Part shown: one piece after another, positions 1-9,226 of the stretch
Position numbering within the stretch: position 1 is the first letter of the stretch
Layout of the letters: each line of letters begins with the position of its first letter
Source: a virus
Length of the DNA: 64,000 bases
IMG/VR virus record: IMGVR_UViG_3300012933_000155
Location: 71,079 to 135,078 of that record
Strand: one strand, 5' to 3'
Notes under the pieces: model-generated
Told to the model about the DNA's origin: nothing
What the model saw: the letters and a program-made list of their open reading frames with translations, nothing else
Database searches by the model: none
Made by a program: the position numbers and the translations under genes

Positions 1-12
1 GAACCTGAGATT

Positions 13-726
13 GTGATTCACTGCGCTAGTTTCCCTAGACAGAAAGTAGTTAACAACGATCCAGCGATGGGTAGTCGGGTAATGAGCGAGGGTCTACTCA
101 ACTTATTAGAAGCAAGCAACACTTATGATGTGCGTAAGTTCATCTATATCAGTTCGTCAATGGTATATGGTGATTTCAAAGACGATGTGAAAGAAGACTA
201 TGACTGCAAACCACAAGGGCAATATGGAATCCTCAAACTCGCAGGCGAATGGCTTGTCAAAGATTATACTCGCCGTACTAATCTTGTTCATACTATTATA
301 CGCCCCTCTGCTGTATATGGTCCACTTGACGTTGAAGACCGCGTCATCAGCAAGTTCATACTCCGCGCTATGCGGGGCGATACTCTTAGAGTCAATGGAG
401 CTGACGAAACCCTCGACTTCACCTTCGTTGACGACGCCGCAGATGGAATCGTTGCCGCTGCCCTATCAGATAACACAGAAAACAAAACCTACAATATAAC
501 TAAATCACATAGTCACAGTTTACTTGATGCAGCCAAACTAGCTGTGAACGTAGCCGGTAAAGGTGAAATTGAAGTGGGCGAACGTGATTTAGACTTCCCT
601 AGCAGGGGAGCATTGAATATTGATGCAGCCAGACAAGACTTTGGATTCGACCCTAAAGTTGACGTAGAAGAAGGCTTTCAAATCTACTATGATTGGCTAA
701 AGAACTCCTCATATTTTAATAAATAA
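13..726 (+). CDS. NAD-dependent epimerase/dehydratase (extended SDR), 5'-truncated by the window edge
   Basis: YISSSMVYG, catalytic YxxxK (YGILK), IRPSAVYGP, LDFTFVDD; the frame is open to the window start and the GxxGxxG motif is not in view. Confidence 0.88.
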   Translation: MIHCASFPRQKVVNNDPAMGSRVMSEGLLNLLEASNTYDVRKFIYISSSMVYGDFKDDVKEDYDCKPQGQYGILKLAGEWLVKDYTRRTNLVHTIIRPSAVYGPLDVEDRVISKFILRAMRGDTLRVNGADETLDFTFVDDAADGIVAAALSDNTENKTYNITKSHSHSLLDAAKLAVNVAGKGEIEVGERDLDFPSRGALNIDAARQDFGFDPKVDVEEGFQIYYDWLKNSSYFNK

Positions 727-730
727 GAGC

Positions 731-1159
731 ATGTTCATCTTTGAAATTACACCATCTTGGGTCTTCCATTCACTATTCTATCTTAGCATAGTTTCGATTA
801 TTCTTGGCTTTGCCTTTGGTAAAGCTAAGTTGATTAAGAGATACGCACTGATGCTTAAAATCTCAGGTGTAATTGGATTTGCTGCTGCCACATTCCTTGA
901 AGGGGCATTATATGATTACAATGTCATGCAGACTCGAATCGAAGAAGCAAAGCAACAGACCGCAGAATACGAGCAGAAGAACAAAGAATTGAACGACAAG
1001 TTAGCAAAGAAAGCTACTGCTACAAAGCAAAAGATTCAGGTCAAGAAAGAATACATCACTCGTTATATCGACCGTGAAGTTAAGAAGTATGATAACACTT
1101 GTGCAATTCCAAAAGAGTTTGTGAAAGCGCACAATGATTCAGCGGAGAAAGCAAAATGA
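731..1159 (+). CDS. i-spanin (Rz-like) inner-membrane protein
   Basis: N-terminal hydrophobic helices, then a charged coiled coil and C-terminal Cys; ATGA overlap with a downstream lipoprotein. Confidence 0.65.
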   Translation: MFIFEITPSWVFHSLFYLSIVSIILGFAFGKAKLIKRYALMLKISGVIGFAAATFLEGALYDYNVMQTRIEEAKQQTAEYEQKNKELNDKLAKKATATKQKIQVKKEYITRYIDREVKKYDNTCAIPKEFVKAHNDSAEKAK

Positions 1160-1467
1160 ACTACGATCCTAAAGAAATGTTCAAGGGTATCTTTACTTTT
1201 GTCGTAATCATGCTAGTTATCGTGTTTATATTGACAGGATGCACGACTCCACCTGTCATACCTAAGTTCCCCGAAGCACCTGTTAAGGCTGGAGCTATGG
1301 AACAATGCCCCGACCTTGAAAAACTCAAAGACGGGGCAAAATTAAGTGATGTTAGCAAGACAATCACAATCAACTATTCAACTTACTACGAATGTGCAGT
1401 TAAGTCAGATACGTGGATTGAATGGTATCAAATTAACAAAATCAACTTCGACAAAATCGGCAAGTAA
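1156..1467 (+). CDS. o-spanin (Rz1-like) lipoprotein
   Basis: Signal peptide with lipobox ILTG-C, then a Pro-rich segment and Cys residues. Confidence 0.68.
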   Translation: MNYDPKEMFKGIFTFVVIMLVIVFILTGCTTPPVIPKFPEAPVKAGAMEQCPDLEKLKDGAKLSDVSKTITINYSTYYECAVKSDTWIEWYQINKINFDKIGK

Positions 1468-2295
1468 TTACTCGTCAACTGCACCTTTGCACTTGGCACG
1501 TTTAGCGTTCGTTAAAGCGCCAAAGTTTACTGGCCATTCAGTTCCCGGAGCTAACTCTTTAGCATTTGCTGGGAACATATACTGAACCCCTGCTTCTTTC
1601 ATAATGTCGGCAACTGGCACACGGAACTTAGTCAAATCATTTCCTAAGTTAACGTATGGCTTAGTGTGAGGGAATCTCCAACCTGCAACTTGTCCTGTTT
1701 GATTGTTGATAACAATCTTGTAGAACCCATGAGGAACGATAACGTCTTTGCTCTTGCCAATGAATTCATCACCAGCGCCATACATAGCTCCAACGAATAT
1801 CGTATAGCTTTGGTTCGTTTGTACTGCCCAACCACGTACTGAAGTTTCCAGTAACTTCCAGATTCCACGGTTTAGACTTCCATGCTGTGGATACATGTTT
1901 GTCATTAAAAAACTCTCGTATTCCACTTGCTGGGTGTAAGATAGGTCACCATCCGGCGCCGCGTGTCCCTTGTCGTATCCTGTACCAGCATAGTCATCAG
2001 GTCTTGCACCTGTGCCATTTAAAGACTGGTCAGCCACGAAGGCGTTTGTTCTGGGAAAGCAACCTAATGCGTTTTCAGGCTTTAATGTATACGCTACATA
2101 AGCCGGAATTTTAACTGGTGCGTCATAAGCGACTAGATAGCCCTCTCGGCAAATTGCACTTACTTGACGCTGTGTGTTTGCAAACCCATATGGACTATGG
2201 ACTTGACATTGTTGAACGGGTAGAGGGGCTCTTTGGTCCCATGCTTGTGCGGATGCTGATACAACTAACAACAATCCTAATAGAAATTTACGCAT
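1468..2295 (-). CDS. Secreted DNA/RNA non-specific endonuclease (NucA/EndA, beta-beta-alpha-Me family)
   Basis: Signal peptide (MRKFLLGLLLVVSASAQA), YDKGHAAP (DRGH-like), NMYPQHGSLNRGIWKLLE; SD AAGGAG and late promoter upstream. Confidence 0.9.
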   Translation of the reverse strand: MRKFLLGLLLVVSASAQAWDQRAPLPVQQCQVHSPYGFANTQRQVSAICREGYLVAYDAPVKIPAYVAYTLKPENALGCFPRTNAFVADQSLNGTGARPDDYAGTGYDKGHAAPDGDLSYTQQVEYESFLMTNMYPQHGSLNRGIWKLLETSVRGWAVQTNQSYTIFVGAMYGAGDEFIGKSKDVIVPHGFYKIVINNQTGQVAGWRFPHTKPYVNLGNDLTKFRVPVADIMKEAGVQYMFPANAKELAPGTEWPVNFGALTNAKRAKCKGAVDE

Positions 2296-2317
2296 AAATG
2301 CTCCTTAAATAGTCTAC

Positions 2318-2325
2318 TATTTATA
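2318..2325 (-). promoter_or_regulatory. T4-type late promoter TATAAATA for the nuclease gene
   Basis: tatttata on the + strand, 22 nt upstream of the ATG; divergent from GATAAATA at 2348-2355. Confidence 0.6.
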
Positions 2326-2347
2326 CCCAAAATGTTCCTTCGCTACA

Positions 2348-2355
2348 GATAAATA
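2348..2355 (+). promoter_or_regulatory. Late promoter motif (G/T/C/A)ATAAATA, representative of a recurring set
   Basis: Same motif at 3153, 4258, 6109, 7801, 26834, 30064, 31075, 32023, 33819, 34579, 42230, 47673, 49394, 50217, 50738, 53623 and 59390, mostly just upstream of structural or putative virion genes; matches the T4 gp55 late consensus TATAAATA. Confidence 0.75.
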
Positions 2356-2376
2356 CATGATATTGGAATCTAAACT

Positions 2377-3165
2377 ATGACCACAGTTAATCAAGTTGAT
2401 ATAGGTATTGTACCTAACGATGCCGGCGGTGACCCGCTCAGAGTTGCCTTTGCAAAGATTAATGATAACTTCAACTATCTTTCAAGTCTCGCCCCGAACG
2501 GACCTGAAGGTGCAGTGCAATACATTTATGACGGTTTGTCTAAAGGTGACGCTAACCTTGTATACAATCAAGTTACCGGCGTACTTGATATTAATATCGA
2601 CACGATTCCACTGAGGGACAATGAACTTGATTTAGGCTCAGACGTACAGCGTTTTGCTCATCTTTATTTAGGTACTACTGGTGTCTCTATCGGTCACGTA
2701 TCCATTGCTCAAACTGACTTAAACACATTGTCATTCCCCGCTATCGGAGGGTTAGAACCAGAGAATGCAAGCATCAACGTTAAGAACGTAAATGCAGACG
2801 GTAACGTAAACGTATCAGGATCATTAGTAGTCAACGGTTCTTCTAGCGGAACTATCACAGTCATTACAAATGATAACTCAACTAACCAAGTAGTATTTGA
2901 GTTACCAGTTTCAGATTTTGACAATGGCACATTTCAAATTACTTCACGCAGCTTAGTTGACACTAACAGTCAGAAAGTAACCTTAGAAGTATTGAAAGCA
3001 ACGTCAAACATTGCTGTTAAGTTCTCGGCATTCGGTACATTGTTCTCAGGAGCACCTATCACTAGATATAATGCTGATGTAGGTTACGGCAATGTAAGAG
3101 TAATGGTGAATCCTATGTTCAATCAAGATATCGAGCACTCAATTAAGTTCACGATAAATACATAA
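2377..3165 (+). CDS. Virion structural protein, baseplate/fibre connector (gp9/gp10-like N-terminus)
   Basis: DIGIVPNDAGGDPLRVAFAKINDNF N-terminal motif; LDLGSDVQRFAHLYL fibre motif; late promoter. Confidence 0.6.
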   Translation: MTTVNQVDIGIVPNDAGGDPLRVAFAKINDNFNYLSSLAPNGPEGAVQYIYDGLSKGDANLVYNQVTGVLDINIDTIPLRDNELDLGSDVQRFAHLYLGTTGVSIGHVSIAQTDLNTLSFPAIGGLEPENASINVKNVNADGNVNVSGSLVVNGSSSGTITVITNDNSTNQVVFELPVSDFDNGTFQITSRSLVDTNSQKVTLEVLKATSNIAVKFSAFGTLFSGAPITRYNADVGYGNVRVMVNPMFNQDIEHSIKFTINT

Positions 3166-3166
3166 T

Positions 3167-3535
3167 ATGAGAGCAACCGAATTCATCAGTGAGTCTAGTG
3201 AAAAGAAAATTTCTAAAAGACAGCAAGAGCCTACAAAGGGCTTGAACACATATGGCGATAGTGAGCACGTAAGCGGGGATTACACTGGTTATAGATTGGG
3301 CATGGCAGTTGCTGGAGCAGATGGTAAAACCCCGTTAGATATGAAGGCTAAAAGTTGGGTAGGTAAAAAGAAAACAACTCATCCATACACCAAAGAAGAA
3401 CAAGATATGCTTAAACAAGCATACAAAGCAGTCGGTGCAGAATATACTGACGTAAACAGTGGGGACATGGCTAGTAAAGAACTAGAAGATACTCACAAAG
3501 TCAGTCCTGTAACTGGCTTCAAAGGCTTCAAATAA
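3167..3535 (+). CDS. Hypothetical protein, possible internal head protein
   Basis: N-terminal MRATEFISE motif; late promoter at 3153. Confidence 0.5.
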   Translation: MRATEFISESSEKKISKRQQEPTKGLNTYGDSEHVSGDYTGYRLGMAVAGADGKTPLDMKAKSWVGKKKTTHPYTKEEQDMLKQAYKAVGAEYTDVNSGDMASKELEDTHKVSPVTGFKGFK

Positions 3536-3572
3536 AAATTTTCAACCTATACTTCTGTCTGTAAATAGAAGT

Positions 3573-4262
3573 ATGATTGACATTAACAACACCCTAGACT
3601 TACTTAAACTCAAATTCTATAACGAATGGTTGTACACTAGCCATTTAGCAGACGAAGGAGAGTCAAAACTTCACAGTTCATTAACCAAGCAAATCGTACC
3701 TAATTATGTTGAACCATTAAACTTACGTAAAGATGGTTTTATCGTAGATATTGGCTGCGGCGTAGGTTACTTCTTGGACGAGATGAAAGAACGAGGATTC
3801 ACTAATGTAGTGGGCACTACTCTCAGTGAAAACGATGCCAAGATTTGTAAAGAAAAAGGACACGATGTACGCATTCATGACCCTAGCTTCTTGCCACAAA
3901 CAGATGGGTTCCATGATGAAAGCGTTGATTTCATTTTCTTACGTCACACTTTACAACAAAGTCCATATCCTATTCTAAGTTTGACTGAATACAATCGTAT
4001 TTTGCGTCAGTTTGGTAAAATGTACATTGAAGTACCTGCACCCGAATGCGAACGTAAGCATGAATTTGTTTCTAGTAACTACAGTGTTTTGGGTATGGTT
4101 CAATGGATTGCATTGCTTGAACGAACTGGATTTAACATTGACAAGTTCAACAATTTAGAGTTTGATGTGACAGTAACAACACCAGAAGGTGAATCAAAGT
4201 CTATCAAGGAAAAGTATTTTGCTATCTCTGTTACAAAACAAAGGCCGCTAGATATCAAATAA
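3573..4262 (+). CDS. Class I SAM-dependent methyltransferase
   Basis: IVDIGCGVGYF motif I; ESVDFIFLRHTLQQ; EYNRILRQFGKMYIEVP. Confidence 0.85.
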   Translation: MIDINNTLDLLKLKFYNEWLYTSHLADEGESKLHSSLTKQIVPNYVEPLNLRKDGFIVDIGCGVGYFLDEMKERGFTNVVGTTLSENDAKICKEKGHDVRIHDPSFLPQTDGFHDESVDFIFLRHTLQQSPYPILSLTEYNRILRQFGKMYIEVPAPECERKHEFVSSNYSVLGMVQWIALLERTGFNIDKFNNLEFDVTVTTPEGESKSIKEKYFAISVTKQRPLDIK

Positions 4263-4266
4263 ATAG

Positions 4267-4539
4267 TTGATGACGTTCGACCCATTCAAACAAGCACAAC
4301 TAATGAACGGATTTGATAAACTCAAGTCCGTTTCCATACCTGCGCAAAACGTTGATGAGTTGGGCGACCTAAAGAAACTAGCAGGGATAGATAATCAACC
4401 TAGCTACGGTGAGAACACTAGTGCTTACGCAACGAATTTAGGACAGATACAACGTGAACGAAATATCAAACCGGGCACAGATGAATGGTTCAGATTGTGG
4501 TTTAGTAAAACTACACTCACTGGTGAGAAACCATATTAA
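4267..4539 (+). CDS. Hypothetical protein
   Basis: ORF fills the gap between genes; LKKLAGI motif; IKPGTDEWFRLWF C-terminus. Confidence 0.55.
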   Translation: MMTFDPFKQAQLMNGFDKLKSVSIPAQNVDELGDLKKLAGIDNQPSYGENTSAYATNLGQIQRERNIKPGTDEWFRLWFSKTTLTGEKPY

Positions 4540-4565
4540 CCAAAAAATACTAACTAAATAAAATT

Positions 4566-6110
4566 ATGAGCGGAACACCTACCTTAATCAAAAACCCGTA
4601 CGAGAAAACGAAGTTTGCCGACGAGAAAGAATTAAACGACTTTATCAAGTGCTGTGACCCTAACACAGGTCCAATGTACTTCATGGATAACTTCTTTATG
4701 ATTCAGCATCCTACAAAAGGATCGATGAACTATCACCCGTACGAATATCAGAAACGATTGATTGAAAACTATCACAACAATCGTTACTCAATCTCATTGA
4801 TGCCTCGACAAACAGGTAAGTCAACAAGTGCTGCTGGATATCTATTGTGGTACGCTATGTTTGTACCTGACTCAACGATTCTAATTGCGGCACACAAATA
4901 TACAGGTGCTCAAGAAATTATGCAACGTGTGCGCTATGCATACGAGAACTGCCCTGACCATATTAAAGCAGGTGTCACAACATACAACAAAGGCTCACTA
5001 GACTTTGAGAATGGCTCACGTATTGTTTCAGCTACAACTACTGAAAACACTGGTCGTGGTATGTCTATTACACTTCTATACCTTGACGAATTTGCTTTCG
5101 TTCGACCTACGATTGCGACAGAATTCTGGACTGCTATTACACCTACTCTAGCGACTGGTGGTAAAGCGATTATTACAAGTACTCCTAACTCAGACGAAGA
5201 TACGTTTGCGTTAATTTGGAAGGGTGCTAACAAATGTGAAGATGAGTTTGGTAACAAAACAGATGTAGGTGTTAACGGCTTTAAAGCATATCGTGCTTAC
5301 TGGCAAGAACACCCAGAGCGTGACGAAGAATGGGCTGCAAAGATTAAAGCACAACTTGGCGAGGATAGATTCCGTCGAGAAATTGGATGTGAGTTCATTA
5401 TTGCTGATGAAACATTGATTGCTCCTACAACATTGATTGACATGGAGGGAGTTGAACCTTCATTTAGACAAGGACAAGTTCGCTGGTACAAGAAACCAGA
5501 GAAAGATAAAATCTACACGATTGCGTTAGACCCTGCTGTTGGTACAGGTGGCGACTATGCTGCTATTCAAATCTTTGAAGCAAACTCAACTACTCAAGTG
5601 GGTGAGTGGAAGCACAACAAGACTCCTATTCCTGAGCAAATTAAGCTGATAGCTAGTATCAGCAAGTACATACTTGAATGCACCGAGCAACCTACGAACA
5701 TCTATTACTCAGTTGAAAACAACTCTGTGGGTGAAGGCGCACTAATCTCGTTACAAGAATACGGTGAGGCAAATATCCCAGGGACATTCTTATGTGAGCC
5801 CGGAAAGAAGCGTAAAGGTTTCACCACGACACACAAGACTAAGATGGCTGCGTGTACTAAGTTTAAACATCTACTGGAATCAAAGAAGATGAAGATTCTA
5901 AGTCATAGCTTAATCAGTGAATTGAAGAACTATATTGCGTCAAAGGATAGTTTTGCTGCGAAAATCGGCGAAACTGACGACTTAGTTGCATCTACACTGT
6001 TAACCATCAGAATGATTCAGGATTTAGGGGACTATCACTATAACTTAGAAGAACAGATTCGTGACCATGACGATATCGTTCTACCTTTACCCTTCTACGC
6101 TATTCTGTGA
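4566..6110 (+). CDS. gp17: Terminase large subunit (T4 gp17-like)
   Basis: YQKRL adenine motif, PRQTGKST Walker A, LLYLDEFAF Walker B, ITSTPN, RNase H-like C-terminus (ALDPAVG, TDDLV). Confidence 0.95.
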   Translation: MSGTPTLIKNPYEKTKFADEKELNDFIKCCDPNTGPMYFMDNFFMIQHPTKGSMNYHPYEYQKRLIENYHNNRYSISLMPRQTGKSTSAAGYLLWYAMFVPDSTILIAAHKYTGAQEIMQRVRYAYENCPDHIKAGVTTYNKGSLDFENGSRIVSATTTENTGRGMSITLLYLDEFAFVRPTIATEFWTAITPTLATGGKAIITSTPNSDEDTFALIWKGANKCEDEFGNKTDVGVNGFKAYRAYWQEHPERDEEWAAKIKAQLGEDRFRREIGCEFIIADETLIAPTTLIDMEGVEPSFRQGQVRWYKKPEKDKIYTIALDPAVGTGGDYAAIQIFEANSTTQVGEWKHNKTPIPEQIKLIASISKYILECTEQPTNIYYSVENNSVGEGALISLQEYGEANIPGTFLCEPGKKRKGFTTTHKTKMAACTKFKHLLESKKMKILSHSLISELKNYIASKDSFAAKIGETDDLVASTLLTIRMIQDLGDYHYNLEEQIRDHDDIVLPLPFYAIL

Positions 6111-6135
6111 TAAATACAATATAGAGACTATTACC

Positions 6136-7437
6136 ATGGCAAAATCAAGAATTAACGATAAATTATACGGATTACTAGACAGCAGAGGATACAAACCTGA
6201 TATGTACGACAGTTCAGGTAAAAAAGTTGCTGTTCCAGAAGAGGCAGAGTTGATGCAGTTTTCTTTCATCAAAGACGGTGAAGATTACGGCAGAGCAACT
6301 GTTACCATTGACGGTTCACATCGTTTAATTGTATATTACAACGACAAGATTTCACAAAGCCCTAAAGCGGGTTCACAAGATTCTCAGTCATGGGAACAGT
6401 TGATGAAACAGTTACGCAAATTCGCTATTAACTACCAATTGGGGTTTGAGCGCAAAGATGTTGATGATTTAGAAAGTGATATGGCAGTGAGAGCACATAA
6501 CAAACGTGAAGGTCTAGCAGAAGGCTACCATGCAATGGGTAAGAAACAGAGTTACAACGATGTAATTCCTGAAACAAAAATTATCATCAAGCACTCAAAG
6601 CAAATGGAAGAAGGTGAACAACGCTTCCGTAGTGTTGAAAAGATTTTTATCGAAACTGCACAAGGTGAACGTTTCTTAGCTCCTACAAATAGACCCGGCA
6701 TTGCTCAAATCTATGCTCGTCACGTTGCTGAAGGTGGCAGACCTAGCGATGAAAGATGGAATCACATCAATGAGATGTGTGATGAATATTCAAAGATGGC
6801 AGGCTTTGTTCGTGCTACTAAAGGTAAGCAGTTCAATGAATCAACTGAGAAGTTAGTCAACGAAGGCATGAATCATTATTCAAAACTACGTGAGTGTTTG
6901 AGTAAGATGCGTGGCAGAAAAGGATATCACGCTTACTTTGAATCATGGACTCCTGCACTGCAAGAAGATGAAGTGAATGAAGATTTGTCAGGCATGTTCA
7001 TGTCAAGTTCATTAGACCCGCGTATTGAATCAGTAATGCCTATCCTAAGCAAGTTGAACAAGAACATAGCTGAATCAAAGCCAATGGCAGAAGTCATCGC
7101 ACTACAAGACTGGGCAGACAACACAACTGAATCAATCGGTGATGTTGAAGATTATGTTGACCCAGAAGAAGCTGACTACGGTGACGAGTACCAAAAGTCT
7201 GCATCAAGTGCAGGCGAAGCAGTCAAGCGCATTGAAAAGAAATTAGGTAAAGTTGATATTGCTGCATTGGCAAAGAAACTTAACCGTGAAGAAACGTCAG
7301 AAGGTTTAGATGCAGACCAAAAGGCAGCAGGTCAGTTAGGACCAACTGGTCGCCCAGCTAAGAAGGGTGATTTAGTAGGAGCATCCGAATCCGTTGATCC
7401 TGCAATCGCACGTATGCGTAAATTGTCTGGGATGTAA
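6136..7437 (+). CDS. Conserved hypothetical late protein (acidic C-terminal half, possible head-associated protein)
   Basis: Long ORF after late promoter 6109; ATG at 6136 is the likely start; ends RMRKLSGM. Confidence 0.6.
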   Translation: MAKSRINDKLYGLLDSRGYKPDMYDSSGKKVAVPEEAELMQFSFIKDGEDYGRATVTIDGSHRLIVYYNDKISQSPKAGSQDSQSWEQLMKQLRKFAINYQLGFERKDVDDLESDMAVRAHNKREGLAEGYHAMGKKQSYNDVIPETKIIIKHSKQMEEGEQRFRSVEKIFIETAQGERFLAPTNRPGIAQIYARHVAEGGRPSDERWNHINEMCDEYSKMAGFVRATKGKQFNESTEKLVNEGMNHYSKLRECLSKMRGRKGYHAYFESWTPALQEDEVNEDLSGMFMSSSLDPRIESVMPILSKLNKNIAESKPMAEVIALQDWADNTTESIGDVEDYVDPEEADYGDEYQKSASSAGEAVKRIEKKLGKVDIAALAKKLNREETSEGLDADQKAAGQLGPTGRPAKKGDLVGASESVDPAIARMRKLSGM

Positions 7438-7438
7438 T

Positions 7439-7777
7439 ATGAAAGAAATTAAGTTATTTGAATCTTGGGCAGAGAATCTAGTCAATGAAGCGTCCGAGAT
7501 TCGTATGGGTACACCAATCAAAGGTAAAGCGGATCGTCCTTTACCTAGAGAACACGATATCAACTACAAAGCACAATTAGCTCACCCGGAGTTAAGCCCG
7601 GAACAAGCCCTTGCCAAATACTTGGAAGATGAACTTGAACAAAACGAAAAAGTTGACAGACTACAAAACAAAGAAATCAACCAAATCGAAAAAGAAGTTG
7701 ACCACGTTGAACACGGTGAGGAAGACATTAAAGCCGAAATTGCACGCCTAATGCAATTAATCAAAACGGCACAATAA
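7439..7777 (+). CDS. Hypothetical acidic coiled-coil protein
   Basis: ATG 1 nt after the upstream stop; MKEIKLFESW...LVNEA N-terminus. Confidence 0.55.
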   Translation: MKEIKLFESWAENLVNEASEIRMGTPIKGKADRPLPREHDINYKAQLAHPELSPEQALAKYLEDELEQNEKVDRLQNKEINQIEKEVDHVEHGEEDIKAEIARLMQLIKTAQ

Positions 7778-7811
7778 AAAGTATATTTGCCCTAATAAGG
7801 CATAAATACTA

Positions 7812-7840
7812 TTGACGTTGACAGATAGTTTTGCTATACT
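7812..7840 (+). promoter_or_regulatory. Sigma70-like promoter for the SSB gene (tandem with late promoter CATAAATA 7801-7808)
   Basis: TTGACG-17 nt-TATACT. Confidence 0.6.
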
Positions 7841-7918
7841 ATCTTCTACGTTAGATACTAATAGGTAGTATCGAATATTAAACAGAGACCATCTCAATTT
7901 ATATAAGGAAAATTAATC

Positions 7919-8932
7919 ATGGCATCATTAGCAGAAATCCGCGCTCGTCTACAAGCGCAAGAAAACAAAGGTCAAAAGGGCTCTAACGCTCAACAAGACA
8001 ACTCTATCTACCCCCACTGGAATATTGACGAAGGCACAACAGCCACAGTTCGTTTCTTGCCTGACGGTGATACAAGTAACCAGTTCTTCTGGGTAGAAAA
8101 GAACATCATCAAATTGCCATTCAACGGCGTCAAAGGTGATAGCAACGTTAAACAAGTTATCGTTCAAGTTCCTTGTAACGATATGTACGTGCCTAACTCT
8201 TGCCCAGTCTTGGCAGAAGTTCGTCCTTGGTACAAAGACGAGTCATTGAAAGAAATGGCAAACAAGTACTGGAAGAAGCGTTCATACATCTTCCAAGGTT
8301 TTGTTCGTCAAAACCCACTAGGTGATGACAAAGTCCCAGCGAACCCAATTCGCCGCTTTGCTATCACATCACAAATCTTCCCAATCATCAAAGGTGGTAT
8401 CATGGATCCTGAAATCCTTGAGTTGCCAACTGATTACATGCGCGGTCTAGATTTCAACATTAAGAAAACTTCTAAAGGTGGTTATGCTGACTACTCTACA
8501 AGTTCATGGGCACGCCGTGAATCTTCTTTGACAGAAGCAGAGTTGGAAGCAATCAACTCACATGGTTTGTTTAACTTGAAAGACTTCTTGCCAAAGCAAC
8601 CAACAGAAGCAGAATTGAAAATCATCAAAGAGATGTTTGAAGCATCTGTAGATGGTGAAGCGTATGACCCAGAACGTTGGGGTCAGTACTACAAGCCTTA
8701 TGGTTTGGATATTCCTCAAGCAGGTTCAACAGCGGCTCAACAATCAGCGCCAGCACGTACAGAGGCAAGCGCACCCGCGACAGCACCCGTAGCAGAAGCG
8801 AAAAGTCCTGAACCTTGGGAAGCAGACGCAGCCGAAGCAGCAACAGCTCCAATTCAAGTCCCTACTTCTGCTCCAGGCAGTGACAAAGCACAAGACATCC
8901 TAGCGATGATTCGTGCTCGTCAACAAAAGTGA
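7919..8932 (+). CDS. gp32: Single-stranded DNA-binding protein (T4 gp32-like)
   Basis: TVRFLPDG, CPVLAEVRPWYK, KYWKKRSY, GLDFNIKKTSKGGYADYSTS; low-complexity Ala/Pro tail. Confidence 0.9.
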   Translation: MASLAEIRARLQAQENKGQKGSNAQQDNSIYPHWNIDEGTTATVRFLPDGDTSNQFFWVEKNIIKLPFNGVKGDSNVKQVIVQVPCNDMYVPNSCPVLAEVRPWYKDESLKEMANKYWKKRSYIFQGFVRQNPLGDDKVPANPIRRFAITSQIFPIIKGGIMDPEILELPTDYMRGLDFNIKKTSKGGYADYSTSSWARRESSLTEAELEAINSHGLFNLKDFLPKQPTEAELKIIKEMFEASVDGEAYDPERWGQYYKPYGLDIPQAGSTAAQQSAPARTEASAPATAPVAEAKSPEPWEADAAEAATAPIQVPTSAPGSDKAQDILAMIRARQQK

Positions 8933-8940
8933 TAGGTGAT

Positions 8941-8959
8941 GGGGACTTCGGTCCCCTTT
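8941..8959 (+). terminator. Rho-independent terminator-like hairpin
   Basis: GGGGAC-TTCG-GTCCCC-TTT after the gp32 stop. Confidence 0.7.
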
Positions 8960-8971
8960 AAGGAGCACATT

Positions 8972-9226
8972 ATGACACTACCAGACGAAAGATACCGTAG
9001 CCTAAAGCAAGGTAGAAAACTCTTGGAAGAACTATGTGACCCTGGTAAAACACCTAGGGTCCCGAGCATAGTTCGTGACCGAGCAAGAGGAGCATTGCGC
9101 CATTACCCAAGTGATTATGAACTTGATACAATGGCTCAACAATGCCCCGAACTATTAGACAAAGAACCATTTAGCGTTCACAAAATAAATCAAAGAATTG
9201 GAGAACAAATTGGCAAAACCATTTGA
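8972..9226 (+). CDS. Small conserved phage protein (resembles BPSL0761-like family)
   Basis: SD AGGAG before ATG 8972; MTLPDERYRS...PRVPSIVRDRARGALRHYP. Confidence 0.6.
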   Translation: MTLPDERYRSLKQGRKLLEELCDPGKTPRVPSIVRDRARGALRHYPSDYELDTMAQQCPELLDKEPFSVHKINQRIGEQIGKTI

